Shown here piece after piece: positions 30,600 through 39,431 of a stretch of DNA of 64,000 nucleotides. The stretch lies in NCBI GenBank assembly GCA_903821745.1, contig CAIJMI010000005.1:199802-263801 (forward strand). Direction: 5' to 3'. Position 1 is the stretch's first letter; each line of letters opens with the position of its first letter. This stretch comes from Candidatus Gottesmanbacteria bacterium. Its GTDB lineage: Bacteria > Patescibacteriota > Microgenomatia > UBA10105 > UBA927. The position numbers and the translations under genes are program-made. Below the pieces are notes generated by a model. It made no database searches, was not told the DNA's origin, and worked only from the letters and a program-made list of their open reading frames with translations.

Positions 30600-31472
30600 T
30601 TATTTTGTTTCTGGTTTCTTGGCTACTCGCACTTTTTTTGTTACTTTTGGCATTTCTTCAGCAACCGTAAGTGTTGCGGTAATTTCTTCTGCTTTCATTG
30701 CTGCTTTTTCTTCTTTCACTGCTACTTTTTTCTCTTCCTTTTTCTTTTGGGCTTCCATCTTTTCCTGTACATCAGCAGCCTGTTTCATTGCTGTTGCTTT
30801 TCCTTCTGCATATGCATCAGCAATGGTTTTAGTGAGAAATGAAATAGAACCAACTGCATCATCATTTGCTGGAATCACATGGGTTATTCCTGTTGGATCA
30901 GAATTCGTATCCACAATTGCCACAATTGGGATTTCCGTACGAAGTCCTTCCCGTACAGCTGCGATTTCTTTTTTGACATCAATAACGAATAAAGCCTGTG
31001 GAGGAACATTCAAGGATAAGACACCACCATAAAATGTTTTGAGTCTTCGGACATATCGGCCAAGTTTCATCTGTTCATGCTTTGGAAATTTTTTCCATTT
31101 ACCGGTTGCTTCTTCTTCATCCAAACGGATAATTTTTTGAATATTCCGATGAATTCCATCCCAGTTGGTCAAAAATCCGCCAATCCAGCGCTCTGTAATA
31201 AATGGTGCTCCGACGCGTGTTGCTTCTTCTTTCACGATTGCCTTTGCCTGCCTCTTTGTTCCGACAAACAAAATTTCGCTTCCTGCGGCAACAAGATCGC
31301 GGACAAACGTTGCAGCAGCTTCAAGTCCCTCTTTGGTTTTTGCAAGATCAATAATATGGATACCGTCTTTTTCAATATAAATAAACTGTTGTGCTTTTGG
31401 GTGCCACCGTTCTGATTTGTGGCCAAAATGACAACCAGCTTCCAAAAGATCCTGCAATGTAATTTCTTTCAT
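30600..31472 (-). CDS. rpsB: 30S ribosomal protein S2 (with Lys/Glu-rich C-terminal tail)
   Basis: MKEITLQDLLEAGCHFGHKSERWHP. Start at 31472; the extension to 31502 would run into an upstream hairpin. Confidence 0.9.
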   Translation of the reverse strand: MKEITLQDLLEAGCHFGHKSERWHPKAQQFIYIEKDGIHIIDLAKTKEGLEAAATFVRDLVAAGSEILFVGTKRQAKAIVKEEATRVGAPFITERWIGGFLTNWDGIHRNIQKIIRLDEEEATGKWKKFPKHEQMKLGRYVRRLKTFYGGVLSLNVPPQALFVIDVKKEIAAVREGLRTEIPIVAIVDTNSDPTGITHVIPANDDAVGSISFLTKTIADAYAEGKATAMKQAADVQEKMEAQKKKEEKKVAVKEEKAAMKAEEITATLTVAEEMPKVTKKVRVAKKPETK

Positions 31473-31482
31473 AAAAAACCTT

Positions 31483-31519
31483 TCAAAAAAACAAAAAAGC
31501 ACCGATACGCTGGTGCTTT
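31483..31519 (-). terminator. GC hairpin (AGCACC-n8-GGTGCT) followed by a U-run; terminator of the GGDEF gene and/or rpsB leader attenuator
   Basis: The plus strand reads A-run then AGCACCGATACGCTGGTGCT, so on the minus strand it is a hairpin followed by T-rich sequence. It lies 116 nt downstream of the GGDEF stop and only about 12 nt upstream of the rpsB start codon. Confidence 0.5.
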
Positions 31520-31634
31520 ATAATACAAAAACCAAGGCGTATCTTCTTATTCCTCCGTCCGCTTCCCCTGGAAACCCAGAGAGAAGATACAAATGCGAAC
31601 GTGTGTAATAGAAGGAAGTATACCAAAAGGACGG

Positions 31635-32387
31635 TTATTTCGCAACTTTTGGACGAGGAAGAGAAGCTAGTGAGCCGTGGATAGCTTCCTGAAAAGGAAC
31701 GTACGTTGAAGGGAAAAACGCTAAAGGAATAAATACATCTTGTTGGTGAAACATGGTTTTCACAAACTCCTTTGTACCGGAAAGTTTTTTCGCATCCTTC
31801 ATCGCCATATTTGCCGCAACAATTGCCCGCTTCAAACCCTCATCCGTCACTTCGGGCCCTATAAACACTCCGCCAATAGAAACGGTTGGAATAACCGTCC
31901 CGTCAGATTCGTAGTTGCCTCCGGGGAATTTTTCAACAAGGCGGTTTCCAATCTCATCGAGCTCTTCCTTCGAATGAATTTGCTTTAAGAAAACAACAAA
32001 TTCATCACCACCAAGACGAAATATTTCACTTTTGTTTTCATCAAAATTAACGGTTAATAGCCGACTCGTCCGTTGTAAAAAATCATCTCCATATTCCTCT
32101 GATAATGTTTTATTAATTTGGCCAAAACCATTTCCGTCGACAAAAAGAAATCCGATGTTTCGAACATTGTCATCAAGAAGCTGTGTCATCCGTTCATTCA
32201 ACAAACGCCGAGTTTTTACTCCCGTTAACGGATCAACTGCTACTCGTTCCTCAAGAATCCGCACATAATCGTCACTGTGATAATCAGGACGAAATTGATC
32301 TTCATTTGGATCATTAGTAATTGCGTTCGTTAACGCAATATATTCTTCCTCGATATCCTTTGGCATTTCAGGGATTGGTTCAGACAT
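31635..32387 (-). CDS. GGDEF-domain protein (diguanylate cyclase), no sensor domain
   Basis: DPLTGVKTRR and intact RLGGDEFVVF motifs. Start at the internal Met (MSEPIPEM) just after the upstream gene stop; the ORF-track extension to 32591 overlaps the phosphorylase gene. Confidence 0.8.
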   Translation of the reverse strand: MSEPIPEMPKDIEEEYIALTNAITNDPNEDQFRPDYHSDDYVRILEERVAVDPLTGVKTRRLLNERMTQLLDDNVRNIGFLFVDGNGFGQINKTLSEEYGDDFLQRTSRLLTVNFDENKSEIFRLGGDEFVVFLKQIHSKEELDEIGNRLVEKFPGGNYESDGTVIPTVSIGGVFIGPEVTDEGLKRAIVAANMAMKDAKKLSGTKEFVKTMFHQQDVFIPLAFFPSTYVPFQEAIHGSLASLPRPKVAK

Positions 32388-32391
32388 ACAA

Positions 32392-33225
32392 CTATTTAAT
32401 AATAGCAGGAACAGTCCATTGTTTCTTGGTCTTCCTTTTTTCTTTATCCCACCCTTCCAAAATATGAACCGCAAGGGATGCAACTTTCCCGGCCCGTTTC
32501 TGATATTCGTCCGTGATATTAAATTCGTTCGTAACGCGGTTGGCAATAACGGTACACACTGCCCCTGCCCGTTTTCCAAAAAGACTGGCAAGGGTAAAGA
32601 GACAGGAAGCTTCCATTTCGAAATTCTCTACTCTGGCAAGTTGCATATCCTTCACGATATGTGCTTTGTGACTGGGAAAATAATCTTGAAACCCTGGACG
32701 TCCCTGACCACAATAAAAGGTATCGGTTGATGCAGTAATGCCGACATGATAGGGAATCTTTAACGCTTCTGCTGCAGCAATCAATGCTTGTACAACTTCA
32801 AAATGCGCAATGGCTGGATATTCGGAAATCACATAGTCGCGACTTGCTCCATCAAGCCGAACTGCGCCGGTTGAAATAATGACATCACCTAAATGATGTT
32901 TCTTTTGCAACCCTCCAGTTGTGCCAACGCGGATAAACGTATCGACATTGATACGAGATAATTCCTCAATGGCAATTGCCAAAGATGGCGCACCAATCCC
33001 GGTTGATGTACAGGAAATCGGTGTTTCTTGAAACTTTCCCGTCATCGTATGGTATTCCCGATGATGCGCTACTTCTTTGGCACCATCCCAATCCGATGCA
33101 ATTTTTGAAACTCTCCCTGGGTCACCAGGAAGAAGGACAGAAGATGCAACATCATGCGGTCCACAATCGATATGATATTGCTTACCACCAATAACAGGAG
33201 CTTTTGCTGAAACTTTTTTTACCAT
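32392..33225 (-). CDS. Nucleoside phosphorylase (PNP/UDP family 1; uridine phosphorylase-like)
   Basis: LLPGDPGRV, EMEASCLFT and TGIGAPS blocks. Start at the internal Met (MVKKVSAKAPVIGG). Confidence 0.75.
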   Translation of the reverse strand: MVKKVSAKAPVIGGKQYHIDCGPHDVASSVLLPGDPGRVSKIASDWDGAKEVAHHREYHTMTGKFQETPISCTSTGIGAPSLAIAIEELSRINVDTFIRVGTTGGLQKKHHLGDVIISTGAVRLDGASRDYVISEYPAIAHFEVVQALIAAAEALKIPYHVGITASTDTFYCGQGRPGFQDYFPSHKAHIVKDMQLARVENFEMEASCLFTLASLFGKRAGAVCTVIANRVTNEFNITDEYQKRAGKVASLAVHILEGWDKEKRKTKKQWTVPAIIK

Positions 33226-33407
33226 ATTATTCTCCTTCGGCAAGTGTTGCCGGTTGCGGCCCATCATCTTTGCAAAGTCGTGTCGTTTCTCTTTCAAGGT
33301 TTGGGTCAAACACAGTTTCAGTTTGATATTCAGCGCCACTTTCTCCCATAACTATACCGATCTTTGCGCTTGGATCCCCTTCATTCATATATCCTCCTTT
33401 ATAGACA

Positions 33408-34019
33408 TTATTTATATATCCGATGACAATGTTCGCAAACCGCAATATATTTATCCCCAGCTCCTACATCAATAACTCCCTTTGTGCCACCAACTCGTTC
33501 GCTGTGCCGTGCAAGACCGCCACATTTTTGACAAACTGCCATAAGCTCCAAATATTCATCCGCAAGTCCAACAAGATCCGGCGTTGCGCCAAACGGCTGC
33601 CGTTTATAATCATATAAAAGACCAGCGGCTATAACATGAATGCCTTTTTTCTTCAGTGTACTAATGACTGCCTTAATTTTTTCCTTGTCAAAAAACTGCA
33701 CCTCATCGACAATCACTTTGTCTGCTTCCGTTGCCAAAATCTTTTCAATCATGACGTCCTTGGATTCCCCATTTATAACTAATGCTTTAGACCGCTTATG
33801 GTCATGACTGTGAATTTCTTTTTTCCCACCATAGCGGTCATCAATTTTTGGTTTGACGGTGAGAACAGAATGCCCCATACGGGTGAAGACTTCAACCAAG
33901 GTAACCAGTTTCCCGGTTTTCCCGGAAAACATAGGTCCAGCAATGACCGTTAATTTCCCTGTTCTTCTGCTTCCTTTAGATGATATGTTTTTCCTTGAGT
34001 GCACCGATGATTTTTTCAT
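33408..34019 (-). CDS. tdk: Thymidine kinase
   Basis: P-loop GPMFSGKTG and a C-terminal zinc ribbon (CQKCG...CEHCH); 203 aa. Confidence 0.9.
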   Translation of the reverse strand: MKKSSVHSRKNISSKGSRRTGKLTVIAGPMFSGKTGKLVTLVEVFTRMGHSVLTVKPKIDDRYGGKKEIHSHDHKRSKALVINGESKDVMIEKILATEADKVIVDEVQFFDKEKIKAVISTLKKKGIHVIAAGLLYDYKRQPFGATPDLVGLADEYLELMAVCQKCGGLARHSERVGGTKGVIDVGAGDKYIAVCEHCHRIYK

Positions 34020-35088
34020 GGATTACCTCTTTGGGCAGCAGAGTACCTTGTTCATTCACACAATCTATTTTTATCCAGTTTTTCCGTTCTTTTGCAAGCC
34101 GAAGATACATGCGTTCTGATTCTGCGCGATGTTTCAAATCTGCCTCAGCGATATCAAGTTTTCCTTTTGTATAATTTCGCTGTTCTTTTTTGAGTGTCAG
34201 GTCATATCCAATTTTCCATGGAACATAGAGATAGATAACGATATCCTCCCGTGGAATTTTATGTACTTTGTATTCCATTTCATCGAGCCAGGAAATAAAC
34301 TCGGTTCGTTTTGCTTCAGGCAACTTTGCAGCCTGATGTGCCATGGATGACGTTGCATAACGGTTTGACAATAACACCCCACCTTGAGATAACCACGCAT
34401 CCATCTCTTCCTTTGCTGATGCGCGGTCAAGCGCATACGAAAGCGCCGCAAGATAGGGAGAAACGACATCTAGTGCACCAAATTCACCACTTAAAAAACG
34501 TCCGACAACACGTCCGTGGAATGAACTGTAATAACGAGGAAAATCCATATACTTCACTTTTTTCCCTTGTTTTTCCAGTGCTGCTTTTAACAGCTCGGAT
34601 TGCGTTGCTTTTCCGGATCCATCACCACCGTCAATGACGATCAATTTTCCTTTTCTCTTTTTAAGTGTGCTGACTTCTGCAAAAAAATGTTTCAAGATAA
34701 TCAAAATATTGTCATCTTCATAATGCTCAAGATACAAATGATCTGATGGATTTCCGGCAATCATGGGAGACAACAAATTCTCCGCATCTTTATAAAACAA
34801 CGCAAGCACAGGTTTGTTATGAATTAAGGCATACACGATCTCTCCTCCAACACCACTGGATGGACTCGTTACCTCAGCAACCACACAATCCGCTGCTTCG
34901 ATCCGGTCTTTTTCTCGGGTAAATATTTCCTTCGCACTCAATTTTTCATCTTTTTTTCGAAGCAGTGGTGTAATTATTTGATCACCGGAAACGCTGGAGT
35001 GACCGAGCATTTTAATTGCGGAAAGAATTTCCTTATTTCGTGTTCCATGTCCATCATGCGTTGTAGCTGCAGTAAAATATACCTTCAT
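33976..35088 (-). CDS. tmk: Fusion protein: N-terminal nucleoside 2-deoxyribosyltransferase/Rcl-like domain + C-terminal thymidylate kinase
   Basis: Residues 1-150: MKVYFTAA...IEAADCVVAEVTSPSSGVGGEIVYALIHNKPVLALF, an NDT/DNPH1-like flavodoxin-fold pattern. From about residue 160: IVIDGGDGSGKATQ P-loop and DRY-like Tmk core. 370 aa; overlaps tdk by 44 nt. Confidence 0.75.
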   Translation of the reverse strand: MKVYFTAATTHDGHGTRNKEILSAIKMLGHSSVSGDQIITPLLRKKDEKLSAKEIFTREKDRIEAADCVVAEVTSPSSGVGGEIVYALIHNKPVLALFYKDAENLLSPMIAGNPSDHLYLEHYEDDNILIILKHFFAEVSTLKKRKGKLIVIDGGDGSGKATQSELLKAALEKQGKKVKYMDFPRYYSSFHGRVVGRFLSGEFGALDVVSPYLAALSYALDRASAKEEMDAWLSQGGVLLSNRYATSSMAHQAAKLPEAKRTEFISWLDEMEYKVHKIPREDIVIYLYVPWKIGYDLTLKKEQRNYTKGKLDIAEADLKHRAESERMYLRLAKERKNWIKIDCVNEQGTLLPKEVIHEKIIGALKEKHII

Positions 35089-35093
35089 AGTGT

Positions 35094-35732
35094 TTATACT
35101 ACCACATGTAATTGTTTTTTTACTTGGTCAATCATATGTTCCTGGGCTTTTGCGCTCGTTACAATATTTAATCCGTCTGTTGCAATGACAAGGACAGGAA
35201 TTTCTTTTTGTTCTGTAAGCCATTTGTGATTGAGCATATCCAAAAGTTCGAGGTAACTTTGCGGAATTTTTTGCTCATATCCCCGACCACGTGAAGAGAT
35301 GCGTTTCGTAATATGGGGCATAGACGTTTCAAGATACACAATACAATCTGGTTTTGGAAAGAGTGGCTCAAAGGAAAAATATATTTTTTGATAGAGCTTC
35401 CATTCTGCATCATCAATATTACCAAGAACGTGTTGCGCTTTTGCATATGAAAAAACATCCTGTTGAATGGGCGTATCCTGAATAATGGATTTTTTTTCAA
35501 GCAATGCACAGGTATCCATCATCTGGGTTATTTTTTCCATCAAGAAAAATGTTTGGGAATGAAACGCCCACCGTTTCATATCACTATAAAACCGAGAGAG
35601 AAATGCATTCTCACCAAAATTCTCTTCAAGAAGTTGAAACTGTAAGTGCCGAGCAAGAAGTCTAGCAGCGGTCGTCTTTCCGCTTCCCATGGTGCCCATG
35701 ACTGAAATATACCAATGGTTTTTTGTGTTCAC
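35094..35732 (-). CDS. Deoxynucleoside kinase (dAK/dGK/dCK family)
   Basis: P-loop GTMGSGKTT, ERS-like region; 212 aa. Confidence 0.85.
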   Translation of the reverse strand: MNTKNHWYISVMGTMGSGKTTAARLLARHLQFQLLEENFGENAFLSRFYSDMKRWAFHSQTFFLMEKITQMMDTCALLEKKSIIQDTPIQQDVFSYAKAQHVLGNIDDAEWKLYQKIYFSFEPLFPKPDCIVYLETSMPHITKRISSRGRGYEQKIPQSYLELLDMLNHKWLTEQKEIPVLVIATDGLNIVTSAKAQEHMIDQVKKQLHVVV

Positions 35733-35776
35733 AATATCAATCGTTGTATCACGTCACGGGCAAAAATGACAAGATA

Positions 35777-35950
35777 TCAGAATACTGTTTTAGTACACAA
35801 TATGTTCAAACACCCACTACTTCGAATATCCATCCCACCGTTTGAACATGCAATATATAACACAACGAGTGCTAAAACGGTGAACGCTATACCAAGAGCA
35901 ATGATAAACGGCTTTTCATAATTGTGAGTACCAAGAGCAGATTTTTTCAT
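35777..35950 (-). CDS. Small hypothetical single-TM protein (57 aa), below the ORF-track cutoff
   Basis: Minus-strand ORF MKKSALGTHNYEKPFIIALGIAFTVLALVVLYIACSNGGMDIRSSGCLNILCTKTVF found by manual translation in an otherwise empty 316-nt gap upstream of the dNK operon. Confidence 0.3.
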   Translation of the reverse strand: MKKSALGTHNYEKPFIIALGIAFTVLALVVLYIACSNGGMDIRSSGCLNILCTKTVF

Positions 35951-36048
35951 ACATACTTTTCCTTACACTCTATCTACTATTCACGATTTGTTCATCCCTG
36001 TCAAATCGTTTGACAAAAGTTCATATACCCAATACGATTACATACATT

Positions 36049-37815
36049 ATGTGTGGAATTTTTGGCTACATTGGAAAACGAGAAGATGCAGCAACCATTG
36101 TATTTGAAGGAATAAAAACACTAGAATATCGAGGATATGACAGTTGGGGTGTAGGATGTGTTCCACTAACCAAAAGTGACACACTCATCCTCAAAAAACG
36201 CGTCGGAAAAATTGGGAATGAAGACGTAAAAGATTTACCCAAAAGCACACTTGCGTTTGGTCATACGCGCTGGGCAACACATGGGGGCGTAACCGAAAAA
36301 AATACTCATCCCCATCTTGATTGCACCGGAACCATTGCCATTATCCACAACGGAATCATAGAAAATTACGATACACTCAAAAAACAAGTATCTGGGACCC
36401 ATACCTTTGTTTCCGAAACGGACAGTGAGGTTGCAACACACATGATCGAAGTTGCTTCTTCCGCACATCCCTTTATCGAAGCAGTCCGCTCAACTTTTTT
36501 ACAATTTGAAGGATCTAATGCCATTATTGCCATTTCTCAAAAAGAACACATGATGGTTGCAGCCCGCAATGGATCCCCCCTCGTTGTAGGATTTGGAGAT
36601 CATGAACAATTTATCGCCAGTGATGCATCAGGATTACTTCCATATACGAAACGTATTTACTTTTTGGAAGACAATGAGATGGCAGTTCTCACGGACGATG
36701 CGATCATTATTCTTGACGCGGTAACAGGAAAAGAAAAACACATCACCCCAACAATACTTACGTGGAGTGTCACTGCAGCAAACAAAAATGGGTTTTCAAC
36801 ATTCATGGAAAAAGAAATTCATGAACAACCCATAGTGCTTGAACAATGTCTGCATCGTTCAGATATTCAGAGCATCGCGGAGGCCATTAAAAACGCACGG
36901 GGTGCCTATCTTATCGGCTGCGGTACAGCATACTATGCGTGTCTTGCAGGAACATACCTTTTTTCAACAATCGCTCAACGGCACATTAATGCATGTGTTG
37001 CCAGCGAATTTACCTACCAGGAAGAATTTATAAACAATGCATCACTCGTACTTGCACTTTCACAATCTGGAGAAACCATGGATCTTATCGATGCAGTGAA
37101 GCGGGCAAAAAAACACGATGCAAGCATTGCATCAATTGTTAATGTCCAGGGGTCAACACTGTGGCGTCTCTCCAATCTTCCCATCCCGTGTATGGCAGGA
37201 CCAGAGATTGGGGTTGCATCAACAAAAGACATGACCACCAAAATCGCCATCCTTCTGATGACCGCTTATGATATCGCGGGCCATACAAAGGAAGGAAAAC
37301 AAGTCATGAAACAAGTTCTTGCATCAGTAAAAAATATTTTTGAAAAGGATTCGTTGAACACGATTCATGCTGTGGCCAATCATTTCAAAACAAGTACGAA
37401 TTTATTTGTTGTTGGCCGTGGAACATCCTACCCTGCTGCCTTAGAAACAGCGCTTAAAATTAAAGAGATCAGTTATATCCATGCAGAAGGACTTGCAGCA
37501 GGAGAACTGAAACATGGCGCCATCGCCCTCATTGAAAAAGGCACGCCGTGCATTGTCTTTTTACCACATGATGAAACGTATAGTGCAAACCTCGCCGCAG
37601 CAATGGAAATGAAAGCACGGGGTGGATATATTATCGGCATCTCTCCTCAACAACAGGAAGCATTTGATGCATTCATTGAAGTAAAAGATGCGGGAACCGG
37701 AACGATCATTCCAAACATTATTGTCGGACAACTACTTGCCTATGACGTAACTATTGCAAAAAATCTCGATCCCGACAAACCAAGAAATTTAGCCAAAAGT
37801 GTTACGGTGAAATAA
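36049..37815 (+). CDS. glmS: Glutamine--fructose-6-phosphate aminotransferase
   Basis: MCGIFGYIG N-terminal nucleophile, two SIS domains, C-terminal ...KSVTVK. Start at the MCGI Met (36049). Confidence 0.95.
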   Translation: MCGIFGYIGKREDAATIVFEGIKTLEYRGYDSWGVGCVPLTKSDTLILKKRVGKIGNEDVKDLPKSTLAFGHTRWATHGGVTEKNTHPHLDCTGTIAIIHNGIIENYDTLKKQVSGTHTFVSETDSEVATHMIEVASSAHPFIEAVRSTFLQFEGSNAIIAISQKEHMMVAARNGSPLVVGFGDHEQFIASDASGLLPYTKRIYFLEDNEMAVLTDDAIIILDAVTGKEKHITPTILTWSVTAANKNGFSTFMEKEIHEQPIVLEQCLHRSDIQSIAEAIKNARGAYLIGCGTAYYACLAGTYLFSTIAQRHINACVASEFTYQEEFINNASLVLALSQSGETMDLIDAVKRAKKHDASIASIVNVQGSTLWRLSNLPIPCMAGPEIGVASTKDMTTKIAILLMTAYDIAGHTKEGKQVMKQVLASVKNIFEKDSLNTIHAVANHFKTSTNLFVVGRGTSYPAALETALKIKEISYIHAEGLAAGELKHGAIALIEKGTPCIVFLPHDETYSANLAAAMEMKARGGYIIGISPQQQEAFDAFIEVKDAGTGTIIPNIIVGQLLAYDVTIAKNLDPDKPRNLAKSVTVK

Positions 37816-37824
37816 GCACTTCTT

Positions 37825-38163
37825 TTATCGAACTCGGGAAGGAATTTTCAATGGTTGAATAAGCTTTCTTTCTAGTCCTGATTCTATTGTTACAGAAGAA
37901 GCAGGATGAATTTGAATTTTGTTGTCAAATATTGGTCCTCTTGTTCGATATTGTCCATCAAAAACAGAACCATTTTCATCGCTTGTTAACCGAAGCGTTT
38001 GTTCTTGTGATGGATCCACAGACAAAATGGTATTATATCCATCCATTGTATTTGGGGTTATTGTAGTTTCGACCATTCTCTGTTCCACCTTAACATCACC
38101 ATAAAATGATTTTGAAATAAACGCTTCCCCATTTGGACCAATCAGCTCTGCAAGAGGTGCCAT
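37825..38163 (-). CDS. Hypothetical protein (112 aa)
   Basis: ORF with no recognisable motif. Its N-terminus MAPLAEL is similar to the start of the adjacent upstream ORF. Confidence 0.4.
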   Translation of the reverse strand: MAPLAELIGPNGEAFISKSFYGDVKVEQRMVETTITPNTMDGYNTILSVDPSQEQTLRLTSDENGSVFDGQYRTRGPIFDNKIQIHPASSVTIESGLERKLIQPLKIPSRVR

Positions 38164-38203
38164 ATATTGATTAATATAGCACTAGGATCCGCTAAACGCA
38201 AAT

Positions 38204-38515
38204 TTACCGTATATGAATTGATGAAGTTCCTATATATTGAACGCCAGAAATAGCCAGAGTCTTCCTATCATGGAGCCAAACCCGTTTTCCATGTTCGTCA
38301 ACAATATATCCCCCAAGTTCCGTCCCAACAACCGTTGTTGAAGCTTCTTCAACAACACCATCAATATGACGAACTGATATACCTACAGTCCTATGCGCTA
38401 AAACAGTATGGGAACAAAACAATTCAGACTCTTTTTTTGTAGGATCAGTAACGAATAATAAATCCGTTGGTGCTACAGGACATGCTTCAATTGGTGCCAT
38501 AGTACCGTCAAACAT
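38204..38515 (-). CDS. Hypothetical protein (103 aa)
   Basis: ORF with no recognisable motif, in tandem with the 37825-38163 ORF. Confidence 0.4.
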   Translation of the reverse strand: MFDGTMAPIEACPVAPTDLLFVTDPTKKESELFCSHTVLAHRTVGISVRHIDGVVEEASTTVVGTELGGYIVDEHGKRVWLHDRKTLAISGVQYIGTSSIHIR

Positions 38516-38552
38516 AGCATATCAACAAAAATTGTCAATAAAACGGAAACTA

Positions 38553-39125
38553 TTATTCGAGGTCTTTGGCAATTTGACTTGCAACAGGGGCATTCTGATT
38601 TTTGTATTTTGCATCACCTCGCGTCAAATATGGTTGTTCAGAAGAGTGTGTTAACTCCTCAAACGTAAAAGAACAAATCCGCATGCCGGTATACAGGGCA
38701 ACGGGCATGCGCCCTAAATTTCCCAATTCAAGTACCGCAACCCCATGCCAGCCGGGATCAAAGACGGACGCTGTTGAATGAACGACAATACCAAGTCGTC
38801 CTAAACTCGATCTCCCTTCAAGACGAGCAAGTAAGTTATCTGGAATAGTAATGGTTTCCATCGTGGTTGCGAGCACAAAATCGCCTGGCTGAAGAATAAA
38901 CGGTTCGCCATCTTTTACCGTTATTTCTGTCATGAGATCATCAGTGACATTGGGATTATTCGTATCAATGAGGGCAATTTTACTATGATTAAAGACGCGA
39001 AATTTTGCACCCAGTCGGAGATCGATAGAACAGGACCCAAGTTGTGTTGCAACATCCGGAACAGGATCAATAACGATCCGTTTTTCTACTAATGCTTTTT
39101 TAATATCACCGTCAGATAAAATCAT
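38553..39125 (-). CDS. dcd: dCTP deaminase
   Basis: MILSDGDIKKALVEKRIVIDP N-terminus and dUTPase-like fold motifs. Start at the internal Met. Confidence 0.85.
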   Translation of the reverse strand: MILSDGDIKKALVEKRIVIDPVPDVATQLGSCSIDLRLGAKFRVFNHSKIALIDTNNPNVTDDLMTEITVKDGEPFILQPGDFVLATTMETITIPDNLLARLEGRSSLGRLGIVVHSTASVFDPGWHGVAVLELGNLGRMPVALYTGMRICSFTFEELTHSSEQPYLTRGDAKYKNQNAPVASQIAKDLE

Positions 39126-39276
39126 AAGTGGGTGTGCATGGAATCGGACCATGTGCCTCTTTCTTATCAGGAAAGCGTTCTACCGATGAACTACACACCC
39201 GGTAAGGTTTTAGTAACTTCAGTCTTCCATTGTACTATAGCTACCCACTATGCATCAATCAGGGTCAATAAACGTG

Positions 39277-39348
39277 AGGCGCGTGCCGGAATCGAACCGG
39301 CGCATAGAAGTTTTGCAGACTCCCGCGTTACCTCTTCGCCAACGCGCC
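39277..39348 (-). tRNA. tRNA-Cys (GCA)
   Basis: The reverse complement reads GGCGCGT-TGGCGAAGAGGTAACGC-GGGAGT-CTGCAAA-ACTTC-...-GGTTCGATTCC-GGCACGCGCC-T. This gives a 7-bp acceptor stem, a GGTTCGATTCC T-arm and a GCA anticodon in a 7-nt loop; CCA is not encoded. Confidence 0.75.
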
Positions 39349-39431
39349 ATAATCAAGCTTCCCTATTGTATCATCTCGCTATGGAAGTTTTCTATGCGGT
39401 ACTATAGAATAACTACAATATCACTCTCATT

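Noticed and set aside
33227-33445. 72-aa ORF between the nucleoside phosphorylase and tdk
   Set aside because: It overlaps the tdk 3' end unless started at an internal Met, leaving only about 54 aa of charged, motif-less sequence. It is more likely a translated spacer; a small protein is not excluded.
39153-39431. tRNA-Cys as an integration site (att) for the 22-kb block
   Set aside because: The block lies on the 5' side of the minus-strand tRNA, not the 3' side used by integrases. No direct repeat of the tRNA 3' half was found near 61.1 kb, and no integrase or transposase gene is present. The tRNA adjacency is noted only as a boundary.
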